Source of the DNA: a virus
Reading direction: 5' to 3' (one strand)
Length of the DNA stretch: 64,000 bases
Virus record (IMG/VR): IMGVR_UViG_3300025450_000020
Location: 1-64,000 of that record
Shown: positions 47,101-57,749 of the stretch, one piece after another
Layout of the letters: the number at the start of each line of letters is the position of its first letter
How positions within the stretch are numbered: position 1 is the first letter of the stretch
Program-made: the position numbers and the translations under genes
Notes under the pieces: generated by a model
Database searches by the model: none
Seen by the model: only the letters and a program-made list of their open reading frames with translations
Told to the model about the DNA's origin: nothing

Positions 47101-49503
47101 TCTGCAGGACAAGCAACAGCAGAAATTGCAAGCCCATCTGGTTTGTTTAGAAGAATGTTGGGATTGCCTCTTGCACAAGGGGCAGCACAAGGAGTTATTG
47201 AAGGCACACCAGAGTTAGAAGCAGCAGTAACACAATCTGTTGAAGCTGCAGTTACAACTGGAGAAGAAGTTGCAACCAAATCTGGAGGAGTTTTAGGCAG
47301 GGCTAGAAACTTTATGTCTGGCAATGCCATGGGTGGCGGAGTTGCTGGAGGTATGGGTGCAGGAATGACTGCAATGATGATGGGCCAGATGGCTTCCCCA
47401 TTGTTAAAAAAGATTCCAGGTGTTGGTGGAGCAGCTTCAGCAGGCGTTGGCGATGCGTCAAGTGCATTCGGTTTAGCAATGATGGTTCCAGGTCTTCAAG
47501 AACTTGCACCAGCAATCGCTGGCGTGGCGGGAGCCTTGGGAATAGCTAAATCTGGAATAGATTCATTGATGGCATCAGAAAAACAACATCAAGCTGAAGC
47601 CACATCTTCATTTACTGCAAGTTCAGATGCAATTACAATGTTTGGCAGTGCAGTAAATAATTCATCTACTAATATAATAGCTTTTACAAATGGAGTAAAA
47701 GAAACTGCTCCAGAGTTAACAGCTTTACAACAAAATGTTCAAGCTATAAGTAAACTTGCAAAAGATAATCCATTTAAATTGATGACTGAAGATATTAAAG
47801 GTTTAAATACGCCTTCATCAATAATTGGAACATTAAAGCAATTTGCAGCAACACAAGTGATGAACGGGCTAGACCCTTCTAAAGTTAAAGATATGGTTAC
47901 AGCTATATTGTCATATACTGGTCAGACACAATATCTTAATGCCGCCCTTAAAGAAATTGTTCCTTCTACAGAAAGTGCAGCTGCAGCAACTCAAACTTGG
48001 TTTGATAAGATAAATAAAGGTGTTGGAATAATTGATTCTAATGCTACAAGCTTTTCTCAATTAAGTAAAATACAGCAACAGTATGCTCAAGGATTACTTC
48101 AAGTTGTAACAACTCAGGTTGAATCAGGTTCAACTGCACAACAAATTAAAAGTACTTATGATATTCTTACAAATAGCATTAAAGATCAAGTAGGAGCTTA
48201 TCAGTCTTTAATTTTAGCTGCAGAGCAAGCAGGACAGACGGGCTTAGCAACCAGTTTACAACTTTCTCAAGCTAATGGTCTATCAATAGCACAAGCTACT
48301 ACTTTGGCTCAAGTAACACAAGCAAGTGGTTCAAACGTACCTATGGACGCAAAGTCCTTAGCTGAAGCTTTATCAACAACTAACGGTATAACTGCTATTG
48401 CTCAAAAATATGAAGACAGTGTACATTCAACAGCTCAACAAGCATTAAATGTTCAAAAAACAGCAGTAGGACAAGCTCAAACATTGCAATCACTACAACA
48501 ACAAAAAAAGGTTGTAGATGCACAACTTAAAGACGAAAAAGATAAAGAAGCTGCTATTAAAGCACAAAATCAATTTTTACTTTCACAAACAGATATTGAC
48601 AATCAAATTCGTACAGCAACAGCTTCAGGAAATTTCTTACAAGCTTCCCTACTTAGACAACAAAAAGCTTCAAATGCTTATGATTATGCAACATCTCAAA
48701 ACGTAAGTCCGCTTCAAGCAAAATCAGATGCTCTTGCACAAAAAATAGCAGACATGCAAGATGCTGCTGCAACAACACAAACTCAAGCAGCAGGTATACA
48801 GCTTAAAGCTGCACAAACTGCTGTTGATGCAAGCGCAAAAGGAACTGCAGGATATGCTGCTGCTGTACAAGCACTTGTTCCAATTCTTCAGGCAATTGCT
48901 CAAAAACTTGGTAATCCAAATGCTAAACAAGGTGATTACTCAAATCCTATTAATGCAACAAATTCAATACCAAAAACTACAGAAGGCGATGCATCATTTG
49001 ATCCAAATTACAATGGCGGAAGATTAAGTCAAGAAGCAGTATTTAATTATGTAAATAAAAATAAATTAAAAAAGGGACAATATTTTACTTATAATAATCA
49101 AAAATATAGAGTTACATCAGGATATAATGACAATGCTGGAGGAGCAGCTATACATGTAAAAGCTGCAGGAGGTTTAATTTCTGGCCCAGGAACCTGGACG
49201 TCTGATTCAATACCCGCAATGCTTTCAAATGGAGAGTATATAACAAAGGCTGCATCAGTTGCTAAATATGGCGTAAGTTTTATGAATTCAATTAATAATG
49301 GTTCTTACCGCCCATCAATTCCAAATATGGCGGGAGCTTCAAGTTTGGCTTTAGCCAATTCTGGAACAGTAGGCGGTTCAGTATATAATATTACAGTGAA
49401 CGCACAAACAAGTGCCAATACTGATGAAATAGTAAAGGCAGTAGTAAATAGCGTAAAGAGACTAGAAGGAATGTCTAGCTCAAATAGAACTGTGAGGGTA
49501 TAA
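44158..49503 (+). CDS. tape measure protein (1781 aa, TTG start)
   Basis: NWGKNTQWAGRQLTVG, Ala/Gly helical repeats, two GG...G...D..PAML..GE motifs. Confidence 0.92.
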   Translation: MANIELNIVALGDFSSVNAQIKALQAQVALLQQGMAGVGVNSTLAKDLNNIANSFKQTMLSTGQFTASTVKMATETEKFGQALQKGSLGIGNYFNILTNRASSATSSVKALAVEQTKLQNSVIMSDPTKQGFYSVFTPTTINAVANATKIAANEQNIYNIAVEKGSQALINWGKNTQWAGRQLTVGMSMPLILFGQQAIASFDSVNKAITQLQKVYGEGLTPPSQNSINQISQQVLDLGRNMASTLGITQEFTVQVASSFAAMGKMGTDLTTATEQTVRLAKLGNLDQQTATSAVIALQNVYKLNTTQLSDAVNYFGAIQKQTSLSMNDLVSAESRVGPIIDQLGGSYKDTSVMLLAMKEAGVPAAQAANALKSAFGSIIAPTAAANKEFQSFGINLDSIKNAGGPVQMIQALQASLQNLSPLVREQLIEKLFGKYQFARISALIENFGKVGSQTANAIKVANASSQQIQNLANQELTQATSTPSAQWTKAMATIKADLYPVGQKLLEFGTKILQFGNGIAKLFQGLPGPVKAVMGALAIGVALSGPIIMLTGLFANFVGYVIKGIFNLKQLATGGKTLGQLLTPEMIAAQNASKLFGDGIASDVEEIDLLNTAIKQLTVSMQELIASMNQGAGISTLTEAVTALDSVATAEAGIPEAIRNIPFKAPGMATGGYVPGSGNSDTFPAMLTPGEAVIPKDKARKYGPFISAMIDGNLPGYAVGTQSTFGEATFVKPGSTSAPSEIAGLANYIIGPQLEAIRAIIEKLNLTLNPKQINDMLTADAAHINHATTPEGYKAWQLSNLTGATGAENKALEYMSGEGEARKNIRPQWQASTDKVMEAMLEGVNDPAVREQIKATAARVRVGSQPIDRFEGEFMNAVLADMMEKVKSGQIKASSATTNYLPVAKAISDARLNGDLPSYESLTYKANEPGILAAMTKSGKDAEMAAREAAAQYIAALKAGIQAGTVTVEEAVADLVAKGLSAGQATAEIASPSGLFRRMLGLPLAQGAAQGVIEGTPELEAAVTQSVEAAVTTGEEVATKSGGVLGRARNFMSGNAMGGGVAGGMGAGMTAMMMGQMASPLLKKIPGVGGAASAGVGDASSAFGLAMMVPGLQELAPAIAGVAGALGIAKSGIDSLMASEKQHQAEATSSFTASSDAITMFGSAVNNSSTNIIAFTNGVKETAPELTALQQNVQAISKLAKDNPFKLMTEDIKGLNTPSSIIGTLKQFAATQVMNGLDPSKVKDMVTAILSYTGQTQYLNAALKEIVPSTESAAAATQTWFDKINKGVGIIDSNATSFSQLSKIQQQYAQGLLQVVTTQVESGSTAQQIKSTYDILTNSIKDQVGAYQSLILAAEQAGQTGLATSLQLSQANGLSIAQATTLAQVTQASGSNVPMDAKSLAEALSTTNGITAIAQKYEDSVHSTAQQALNVQKTAVGQAQTLQSLQQQKKVVDAQLKDEKDKEAAIKAQNQFLLSQTDIDNQIRTATASGNFLQASLLRQQKASNAYDYATSQNVSPLQAKSDALAQKIADMQDAAATTQTQAAGIQLKAAQTAVDASAKGTAGYAAAVQALVPILQAIAQKLGNPNAKQGDYSNPINATNSIPKTTEGDASFDPNYNGGRLSQEAVFNYVNKNKLKKGQYFTYNNQKYRVTSGYNDNAGGAAIHVKAAGGLISGPGTWTSDSIPAMLSNGEYITKAASVAKYGVSFMNSINNGSYRPSIPNMAGASSLALANSGTVGGSVYNITVNAQTSANTDEIVKAVVNSVKRLEGMSSSNRTVRV

Positions 49504-50075
49504 TGAATTTTCCAATAGCGGCGGGAATCCAAGTATCCTTAGACTACAATGAATCTACAAATACGGGTACATGGTATAAGCTAAGCGACCATGGAAGAAA
49601 CCCCATAGGCATTCAGTATGACCTAGTTCAACAACAGCAAAGAATGGCAAATGGAACAATGCGTCAATATGTTGTTGCAAGAAAGTTTAAGATTACCGCC
49701 GATTGGAAAGACTTGCCAACACTTGACTCAAATGTAGTTGACTACTCGGCAAGTCAGTATGGACCATTTGGTGCAGCATGGATAAGATCGTTTTATGAAA
49801 AGAATGCATTCTACCCTATTTGGGTTAAGCTAACTGTTGCACAAGATACAGGTTCTTTAAATTCAAATGCTTTGCTTCCAGATCCCGCCACATATCAAGA
49901 CTCGCTTGGAGTAACTAATAGCGGATTGCCAGGAGACAATAATACAAGCGGCACCACAATATATAATGCTTTTATGACTACTTTTACATATGATGTAACA
50001 AAAAGAATGAAGCCGTCAGGTTCAACACAAGGATACGATTACGTAAACGTTAAAATAGAATTTACGGAGATTTAA
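49503..50075 (+). CDS. distal tail-like protein
   Basis: LSDH.R, RMANGTMR.Y..A.K......W; position after TMP. Confidence 0.6.
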   Translation: MNFPIAAGIQVSLDYNESTNTGTWYKLSDHGRNPIGIQYDLVQQQQRMANGTMRQYVVARKFKITADWKDLPTLDSNVVDYSASQYGPFGAAWIRSFYEKNAFYPIWVKLTVAQDTGSLNSNALLPDPATYQDSLGVTNSGLPGDNNTSGTTIYNAFMTTFTYDVTKRMKPSGSTQGYDYVNVKIEFTEI

Positions 50076-53000
50076 TGCTATCCGTAACTACAGACATTCA
50101 GAATTATTTTAATTCAAATTCAATTCGTGTGCTCCCGCATGTATCTGGGGAATGGAACTATAATTTAATTTATTCTCCATATGCAACATATTCGGGAACT
50201 GGTAAAGGCCCAACAACTGCAAAAATTATGAACCCAGCATCTTGGAATTTTGCAGGTAAGACGAGCGTAGTATCTTCAACAGCAGGCAAAGTTACAAGCA
50301 CTTTTACAGGCAAGACAGCTCTAGAATTTTTAGTATCAACAACCACAAATGTAGCAGGAGCGCTGGATACAAGTGACACAACAAATTTTAATGGTTCTGC
50401 AAGCATAAACATATCAACGGGTGGTTCTGTAAATAAATGCTATAAGATTGTATTCCTTGCAAGATCACTTGATAATAACAGAATTAATCTTATTGCACAA
50501 GGTTCAAGTGCGGGTACACAATTAAGCGGTACAGCATCAGTAGAACTTGACAACCTAGATTGGCAAAAAGTAGAGTTTAAAATAGGTCAAAAGCCAACTG
50601 ATGGAAACTTTTCAAACTTTACATTGACCCTAGATATGGTTAACTCTACACTTAGTTCAACAGGAAACTGGGGGATACTTGTAGATCAGATACAGATTTA
50701 TGAAATTACATATTTTGATTATCTATACGGAAACTTATGGGATACAGATAGCGTGTTTCACTGGTTTAGACCAGGTGATAGCTTTGTAAGATCTGGAAAT
50801 TCTTCATTGCCAGATTCGGCAGTAGCAAGAACTATTGCTGCAACTCCGTCAGGATGGAATAACTCTGCACCATGTAGTGCAATGGTTTACTCGCCAAGAG
50901 TACTTTTTTCAGCTGCACAAAACGCAATATATAAAAACGGAGTTTTAAGCCCATTCTCACAATATAAGTATTTTGTTTCAGAATTGCCAAATGGCTCAAC
51001 TTCAATAGGAGCAACATATCAAGAGCTTCTTGCAACTAATAAGATTGTTTTAAAGTTTAACGTAAGTCAATCCATTCCAGACAACATTGTAGTAAATATT
51101 TCTAATAGCACTACTAATGTAACTACTGCAATAGCCGTACCCTCAAACTGGATTTCAAGCTCGGGTGTTTGCGTACTATATTGGAACGGATCAACATGGT
51201 CAAACACCAAGTGGACCTGGTCTCCGAATACAACTTCTGGGATGCCATTTATAGGCCCTCAAGGAGAGATTCAGGTATATTCGGGCGGGAGTTTAGTAAA
51301 TGGCTACCAATATATAGATAGTATCTCTGTAACCCAATTATCTTCAACCCCAGTAAATAACTATATAGGTCTAAAGACAAGCAATCCAAGTGCATATAAT
51401 GAACTTACTAGAATGCAGGTAATTGAAGTATCCCCTAGAATGGAGATTGATTTATCCTCGTTTGTTCTTGATTTTGATATAAAGAAAGAGCTAGATAACT
51501 CTGGTACCCCGCTTCCTATATCTTCAATGTCAGCAAATTCTGCTACGGTTTCTTTTTCTAACATACCGCTGATTGGCCCAAATAACTATCCACTTTCAGT
51601 ATTTTCTAATGATGCTAATTCATCACAATATATATCACCATTGCAAGGAATGATAGTTAAAAACATTAAGCTTTACTTAAACTATTATTTGCCAGAAAAA
51701 AGCAATTATGTAATTCCTTCTGGTGTAGTTTACGTTGATAGCTGGGATAACACAGATATCAAGGTTGCAAAAGCAAACTGCTATGACATTATAAAGTTCT
51801 TGCAAACATTACCTGTTGCTGACTATGTATCTCAATCTCAAAGCACAATTAATATCTTTACTAACTTAATGGATACCGCTGGGTTTACGGATTATGATTA
51901 CGATAGCTTGCTTTCAGTTCTTTCAGATTCAAATCAGCAAGTTGTAACGAACTACTTTTTTGCTGATAATGCAAACAAAACTGTTTATCAAATACTTCAA
52001 GAAGCCTTCTTAGCTTTTCAGGTTGGTTGTTTTATTGATGAATATGGAATTATGAGGTTCTTAAACCTTAACCAAATTATTTCAAATGATACACCATCAA
52101 AAAATGCTGATGGAACATCTCTTGCAATTGTTGATAAAGATGTAGTTATAGATACTTATAACGAAAACATTAAAACTAAAATTGGTAAAATATTAATGCG
52201 TTACCGTGCGCCACAAATTAAAAGAAGCATTGGGCTAGGATCTAGCACCACAACACCTACAAGCATTTTGCAGGTAGCGCCAGACATTATCTGGCAACAA
52301 GATTCCGAGGACCTGGTTCCATTTAACATTTTACAAAATGATATTTCAAGTGTTTCTCAAAATTATTATACAACACCACAAAGTTCTTTTGACAACTTGT
52401 TCCTTACAACCGTGCTGGGGCACAAAGGATATTGTGTCATTGAAGGCGAAGTAATCTCATATGGAGACATGGAAATTATTATTTCAGCAACTGACACAAA
52501 TGGAGTAGTTGTAGCATCAGAAACAGTTTATGTAAAAGATCAAAATGACTTAACTGCAAAAATAGCTCAGTTTTCTAACCAGTACGGGTTGGCAAATGTT
52601 ACTTCAAATTACACGGGCAGATTTGTAAATGTTTCAAGAGGTTTGTTTGGTACAGTAGCAAAAACACATAAGATTATGACAAATGCCAATAAAGAATATT
52701 CTAACAAATTCTATACAAGAGCGCTTTCTCCAAACTCTTCTACCATATCAGTAACTTCAGATCCATCAGTTTCAACGGTTATCAATGTTCCGACTTTGGG
52801 CGCAAATATTAAGACTATGGTTTTTGCAAATCAGCAAGATGCTGGATATTCAACATACTCTGCAAACTTTAGGTTGCCTCAATCATCAACAGATATAAGC
52901 GGAGGAATCTTCTTTAACTGCTCTGGAAACACTTCGCTATCGGGCAATACATATTTTATTGAAGTAGCGTCTAGCCCTTCATCTAAAAATAATGCAGAAA

Positions 53001-56000
53001 GAACTTATAAATTATATTTTTATGAGTTGGATTCTTCGGGCAATAAAACATCTTTGTTGACTAAAACAAGCTTAGATGTCACTTCAGCTATTACAAACTA
53101 TATGATTAATGAACCAGATGACTCTTTGTATCAAGGATATGTGGGGGGATTTGTAAATATAAAGTTTGTAAATACTCCAGGCAAAAGAGTTATTTATGTA
53201 AACAAAACAAGATTTATACTTGATCAACTAACATATACTGATCCTAAATCAAGTAAAACAACAATAACAAACCCAGGATACTTTAACGCTGCCGTATCTT
53301 TATTAATGCCTTCAAGTTTTCAAAATACTAACTTTGGCTTCTTTACAAATACTACAAGTTCTTCAACTACAACGGTAGAGTTATCTACAGTTTATGCAAC
53401 CGAAAGCCCAATTGATGATATTGTTGATTATTATTTTCAAACTAAAGATTTTCTTAATGCTATGGTTGCTGGTTACAATGTAACTGAAAAGAGCTTCTTT
53501 GCACAAGCAAGACCACAGATATTTGGAATTAACTTTTATGATGTACAACTAGCCTTAACACCATCCCTTGGAACAGATATATTTAAGGCAAACTATTTGT
53601 TTACATATTATCCTAACAACGATCAATCGCAACCTCCTATAACCTTAAATGTTCCAGACTATGCCCTTTCATATTCTAATGTTGCCTCAACAGGATTTAG
53701 AGCTAAGTTTGCTGTAGCCAACGCAAGCAATTACTCTGTGTATACAAAGACTGGGCCAGAATTAAAACAACTTGTAGATTCCGCCCTTCTGTTATCTTCA
53801 AGAGGTGTTACAGTTTTAACTCCACAATTAACAATTGAAAAAGTAATTAGTCCGCAAAATGTTAATGAAGTTGTAGAACTACAGTCAGACTGGATTCAAT
53901 CTGCAGATGCAGCAGATAGCATATTAAAATTATTATCATATTCTGCAGATTCTTTTAGTAGAGATATTGTTATAAATGTGTTTGGCAAACCACTTATACA
54001 GGTAGGCGACGTTTTGACTTTGCATTACAATTTAAAAAACATTGGTAATCCAAATGACAGTCTTGCAGACATAACATTTTTTGTTCAAGGTGTGGAGCAA
54101 GCCTGGGCAAACGGAGGTATTACAACAACTCTAACATTGAATCAGATAACTTATAATGGAGTAACAAGACAGTCTTTGAAAAATTATTATCCACAAACAA
54201 GCTATCTTGCACAACTTCCAAAGCCAGTTAAAGTCACTCCAACAACTGGCTCAGACTTAGGTGGAACAAACGTAACAATTACGGGAACAAACTTTCTTCC
54301 AAACTCTACAGTATATTTTGGTAAAAATGCAGCAACAAATGTTACATATGTAAATAGTACAACTATAACTGCTACAACTCCTGCCACAACAATTCCAGGA
54401 CCTACAACAATATCAGTTGTTGCAAACGGTGTCACGGGATCGTCTGGACCAATATTTACTTATACAGTTCCAGCACAACAAATACAGACGGTATCAAATC
54501 TATCAGCTACGCTTGGCACGTACAACTCATCAATTTTTGCATATCCTCTAAACATAACTTGGAATGTAAGTAGCACGGCGGGAAGTCAGTATAACGCCTT
54601 TAATCTAGAAATAGATGGTCCAGTATCTAAATATACATATTCAAATGTTGGAGATACTATAAAGAGTCAGAATACCTATACAACACCTGCCGCATTTTAT
54701 TTTGGAGATCAATTAACTATTACGCTAACTCCTTTATATATTGATGGTAATGGAAATGTAAATAAGGGTACTGCTGCAACATATGTTTTAAATACAATAC
54801 CTCAAAATATAGGACCTCAACAACCAGCGTTGGTTGCAGGGGATTTTACAGTAGCAGCAAGCCAAAATCAGTTCGGAAGCATACCATTGGTAGATGTAAC
54901 TATAGGTTATATATTAGGAGCTAATACTACTTATACTCATGGATATTTAACCAATCCATCAGGAGGAAGTGCAACTGTTGTTGCAACAGGAAACGCAAAT
55001 CAAATAACTTTCAGTGGTATATCCAGTAACCTGGGCAATGTTACATTTTATGTAACTGGTGTAGGTTCATCTTCTGAAAGTGCTGCAAGCTCAGAAACAA
55101 TTAATGTAACAAGTGGCACATCAACATCAACAAATAACGGTTTGCTTGCACCAGTTATTACAAATTTAACCACAAACATTATTAATGGTAAATCAGGAAC
55201 TGTTTCAGTAGAAATACAACCCACTAGCGGATCAAAACCTTTGCAATATTCGTTAAACCATATTTCTGGAACTGTGGCTTCTTCAAGCAATTTGCCAGTA
55301 ACTGATTTGTATCCAGTATCTCAACTAACCACATTACCTGATAATAATTTGCTAATAACAAGCTCTTTAATAACAAATTTGGTAGGGAGCACATATACAT
55401 TTTATGTAGATGCAATTGATTCAACGGGCGCAGTATCTTCGTCAAGCAATAATTTAACAGTATCGGTACCTGCTACATCTATAAGTGCTACAGGTGTTTC
55501 AAACACTGGATACCTAGACTGGACAGTTTCTTCAAATATATTTGATAAAATAACTATAGTAGCATCAGCAGTTATTGGCAACACTACGGTTAGCGATACA
55601 TTAACGAAATCGGGAAACAACTGGGTTTCTACAGCTGGAACAGTAATATCAACAGATGGATCAAATTTTGCTTACCCAGCCTCTAGTTTGTTCAGTTCTA
55701 GCTCGTATGTATCATACACCGTAACGGGATACACTTCTGGAAAATCGGGCGGTACTTCAAGCGGTTATGGATATATGCCAGGAACAGTATCTTCAAATAC
55801 CGTACAAGCTGCACCAAATATATTTTATACATATAATGCAGGTACTACCCTATGGAGCTGGCAAAAAGATGCAATGGTAGGCGGTGCTACATTTGTAAAC
55901 TATACTTGGAACCTGTATAGCTCTTATGCATTTGGTTCTAATCAACAACCTTATGGAACCGTTCTATATAGAAGTGGAACAGCTACCCAGCAATCTAATG

Positions 56001-56125
56001 GGTCATATGCGGTACAGACTGGTTATAAGAATTATTTGCTGGTAGTTTATATGCAATATACAGATGCGGGTAGCTCAACAGTTAAAAATGGACCTTCATC
56101 CTATAGTTTCTCCTCATCTGTCTAA
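50075..56125 (+). CDS. large tail tip/baseplate hub protein with IPT/TIG and FN3-like domains
   Basis: FIDEYG...F, G.PLIQVGD; P.TGS..GGT.VTITGTNF IPT motif. Confidence 0.75.
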   Translation: MLSVTTDIQNYFNSNSIRVLPHVSGEWNYNLIYSPYATYSGTGKGPTTAKIMNPASWNFAGKTSVVSSTAGKVTSTFTGKTALEFLVSTTTNVAGALDTSDTTNFNGSASINISTGGSVNKCYKIVFLARSLDNNRINLIAQGSSAGTQLSGTASVELDNLDWQKVEFKIGQKPTDGNFSNFTLTLDMVNSTLSSTGNWGILVDQIQIYEITYFDYLYGNLWDTDSVFHWFRPGDSFVRSGNSSLPDSAVARTIAATPSGWNNSAPCSAMVYSPRVLFSAAQNAIYKNGVLSPFSQYKYFVSELPNGSTSIGATYQELLATNKIVLKFNVSQSIPDNIVVNISNSTTNVTTAIAVPSNWISSSGVCVLYWNGSTWSNTKWTWSPNTTSGMPFIGPQGEIQVYSGGSLVNGYQYIDSISVTQLSSTPVNNYIGLKTSNPSAYNELTRMQVIEVSPRMEIDLSSFVLDFDIKKELDNSGTPLPISSMSANSATVSFSNIPLIGPNNYPLSVFSNDANSSQYISPLQGMIVKNIKLYLNYYLPEKSNYVIPSGVVYVDSWDNTDIKVAKANCYDIIKFLQTLPVADYVSQSQSTINIFTNLMDTAGFTDYDYDSLLSVLSDSNQQVVTNYFFADNANKTVYQILQEAFLAFQVGCFIDEYGIMRFLNLNQIISNDTPSKNADGTSLAIVDKDVVIDTYNENIKTKIGKILMRYRAPQIKRSIGLGSSTTTPTSILQVAPDIIWQQDSEDLVPFNILQNDISSVSQNYYTTPQSSFDNLFLTTVLGHKGYCVIEGEVISYGDMEIIISATDTNGVVVASETVYVKDQNDLTAKIAQFSNQYGLANVTSNYTGRFVNVSRGLFGTVAKTHKIMTNANKEYSNKFYTRALSPNSSTISVTSDPSVSTVINVPTLGANIKTMVFANQQDAGYSTYSANFRLPQSSTDISGGIFFNCSGNTSLSGNTYFIEVASSPSSKNNAERTYKLYFYELDSSGNKTSLLTKTSLDVTSAITNYMINEPDDSLYQGYVGGFVNIKFVNTPGKRVIYVNKTRFILDQLTYTDPKSSKTTITNPGYFNAAVSLLMPSSFQNTNFGFFTNTTSSSTTTVELSTVYATESPIDDIVDYYFQTKDFLNAMVAGYNVTEKSFFAQARPQIFGINFYDVQLALTPSLGTDIFKANYLFTYYPNNDQSQPPITLNVPDYALSYSNVASTGFRAKFAVANASNYSVYTKTGPELKQLVDSALLLSSRGVTVLTPQLTIEKVISPQNVNEVVELQSDWIQSADAADSILKLLSYSADSFSRDIVINVFGKPLIQVGDVLTLHYNLKNIGNPNDSLADITFFVQGVEQAWANGGITTTLTLNQITYNGVTRQSLKNYYPQTSYLAQLPKPVKVTPTTGSDLGGTNVTITGTNFLPNSTVYFGKNAATNVTYVNSTTITATTPATTIPGPTTISVVANGVTGSSGPIFTYTVPAQQIQTVSNLSATLGTYNSSIFAYPLNITWNVSSTAGSQYNAFNLEIDGPVSKYTYSNVGDTIKSQNTYTTPAAFYFGDQLTITLTPLYIDGNGNVNKGTAATYVLNTIPQNIGPQQPALVAGDFTVAASQNQFGSIPLVDVTIGYILGANTTYTHGYLTNPSGGSATVVATGNANQITFSGISSNLGNVTFYVTGVGSSSESAASSETINVTSGTSTSTNNGLLAPVITNLTTNIINGKSGTVSVEIQPTSGSKPLQYSLNHISGTVASSSNLPVTDLYPVSQLTTLPDNNLLITSSLITNLVGSTYTFYVDAIDSTGAVSSSSNNLTVSVPATSISATGVSNTGYLDWTVSSNIFDKITIVASAVIGNTTVSDTLTKSGNNWVSTAGTVISTDGSNFAYPASSLFSSSSYVSYTVTGYTSGKSGGTSSGYGYMPGTVSSNTVQAAPNIFYTYNAGTTLWSWQKDAMVGGATFVNYTWNLYSSYAFGSNQQPYGTVLYRSGTATQQSNGSYAVQTGYKNYLLVVYMQYTDAGSSTVKNGPSSYSFSSSV

Positions 56126-56154
56126 AATGATATAATTGGGTGTACTGGAGAAAA

Positions 56155-56853
56155 ATGACAAATCAACCAAAAAATAGTTATAATTATGAATTAACCACTA
56201 AACAGCGTGGTAAGATTTATATCTCCAAAACTGATGATAGATGGAAAGACCCTAAGAAAAGGGCAATACTTTATGCATATTATGGAGCTGCCAATGTAAT
56301 TCCAGTTGATCCCGCCACATTAACTCAGCTTGAAGGATCAGGCAGCACACTGGCAACATATGCACAAGAAAATTTTAGTCCACAAATAGCTGTAACTGAT
56401 TCTGTTATTTCAACAAACATACCAGGGCTTGGCGGGGGAGTAATAAATATTGATCCTCCAACAAATCTATCAGTGGTTAGTACTTCATTAAGTACAGGTT
56501 CAGACGGATCTGCATTGGTAAATATAAATGTTAGTTTTGATGGATCGCCAGGTTTTACATATGATGTAGTTGCAGTACCAGCCTCAGCCGCACTAGGCCC
56601 AGATACAGTAACAAACGTAAGCGCTACAACCTCTGGACTAACTTTTAATGTTAGTTGGACTGGTGTTTCAAATGCTTCAAATTATGTCATTTCTGCATCA
56701 TCAGGATTGTCAACTTATTATTCTGCAACCCCAGTCACTGGCACCTCGGGGACTGTAACGGTAGCAAGTCATGGATCGTATACAATTAGTGTTACTCCAT
56801 ACAACTCTATAGGTATTGGAGGGGGAGCAGGATCAACAACTGCTACAATATAA
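56155..56853 (+). CDS. minor tail protein with FN3-like domain
   Basis: VSWTGVSNASNY...Y.ISVTPYN..G.G. Confidence 0.65.
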   Translation: MTNQPKNSYNYELTTKQRGKIYISKTDDRWKDPKKRAILYAYYGAANVIPVDPATLTQLEGSGSTLATYAQENFSPQIAVTDSVISTNIPGLGGGVINIDPPTNLSVVSTSLSTGSDGSALVNINVSFDGSPGFTYDVVAVPASAALGPDTVTNVSATTSGLTFNVSWTGVSNASNYVISASSGLSTYYSATPVTGTSGTVTVASHGSYTISVTPYNSIGIGGGAGSTTATI

Positions 56854-56865
56854 TATGGGGGTAAA

Positions 56866-57735
56866 ATGTTAAAAGGTACTTATGTATTCAAGCAAGACGG
56901 TGTTGAGATAGGACGTTCTGAGAACGTAATTACAACAAACGGCAAAAACACCATAGTTCAATATTTGGCGGGAGCTGTAACAGATTGGGCATCAGCTATT
57001 TCAGTAGGTGCTATATCAACAGCTACATCTGTATCAGATACAAATCTATACTATGAGATTGCAAGAACTCCAGTAACTTTAAAGTCTTATATTTATGGAA
57101 CCCCAAATATTATTGTTGTAAAAGGCACTATTGATTCTACAGTTGCCGCAAATATTTATGAGATTGGCGTATACCCTTATAGCACAAGTCAAGTATTTGG
57201 AAAGAGAGATCAGTTAATTATAGATGATTTTTCTAATATAGCTAACTGGTCAGGAACATATACGACAAACGCTTACGCTGCACAAAGTCCTATATCTCCT
57301 AGAAGCGGTTTGTACAATGTAAATCTTACATCGGGCAATGCAATTACCAACAGTAGCCTAGTTTTAGATTTTTCTACATATAGTACTATTGATACGGTTG
57401 ATTTGCTTGTAAATGTACCGAGCGGATCTTCAGGAACGCTAACACTAACTTTTACAGATGTTAATGGATTGACATCTACAATATCTTATCCATATAGTTC
57501 AACAGGATATCAAGTATTATCTCAAGTATTTCCTTCAAGTGTATTTAATTTATCTACAGTATCTACAGTTTCTTTATCATCAACCTCAAATATTACGGTT
57601 GATGCAATGCGAGTTTCAGTAAATGCAGAACTTTCAAATAGTGCGGCCCTGGTTAGCCGTTCAGTATTAAGTACGCCTATTGCAAAAATTGCAGGCACAC
57701 CATTGGATATTGAATACTACGTTCAATTATCTTAA
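56866..57735 (+). CDS. minor tail protein
   Basis: N.ITT.GK..I..YLAG, L..EI.R, I.EIG.Y, K......IEY. Confidence 0.65.
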   Translation: MLKGTYVFKQDGVEIGRSENVITTNGKNTIVQYLAGAVTDWASAISVGAISTATSVSDTNLYYEIARTPVTLKSYIYGTPNIIVVKGTIDSTVAANIYEIGVYPYSTSQVFGKRDQLIIDDFSNIANWSGTYTTNAYAAQSPISPRSGLYNVNLTSGNAITNSSLVLDFSTYSTIDTVDLLVNVPSGSSGTLTLTFTDVNGLTSTISYPYSSTGYQVLSQVFPSSVFNLSTVSTVSLSSTSNITVDAMRVSVNAELSNSAALVSRSVLSTPIAKIAGTPLDIEYYVQLS

Positions 57736-57749
57736 AGGGAGGGAAGTAA

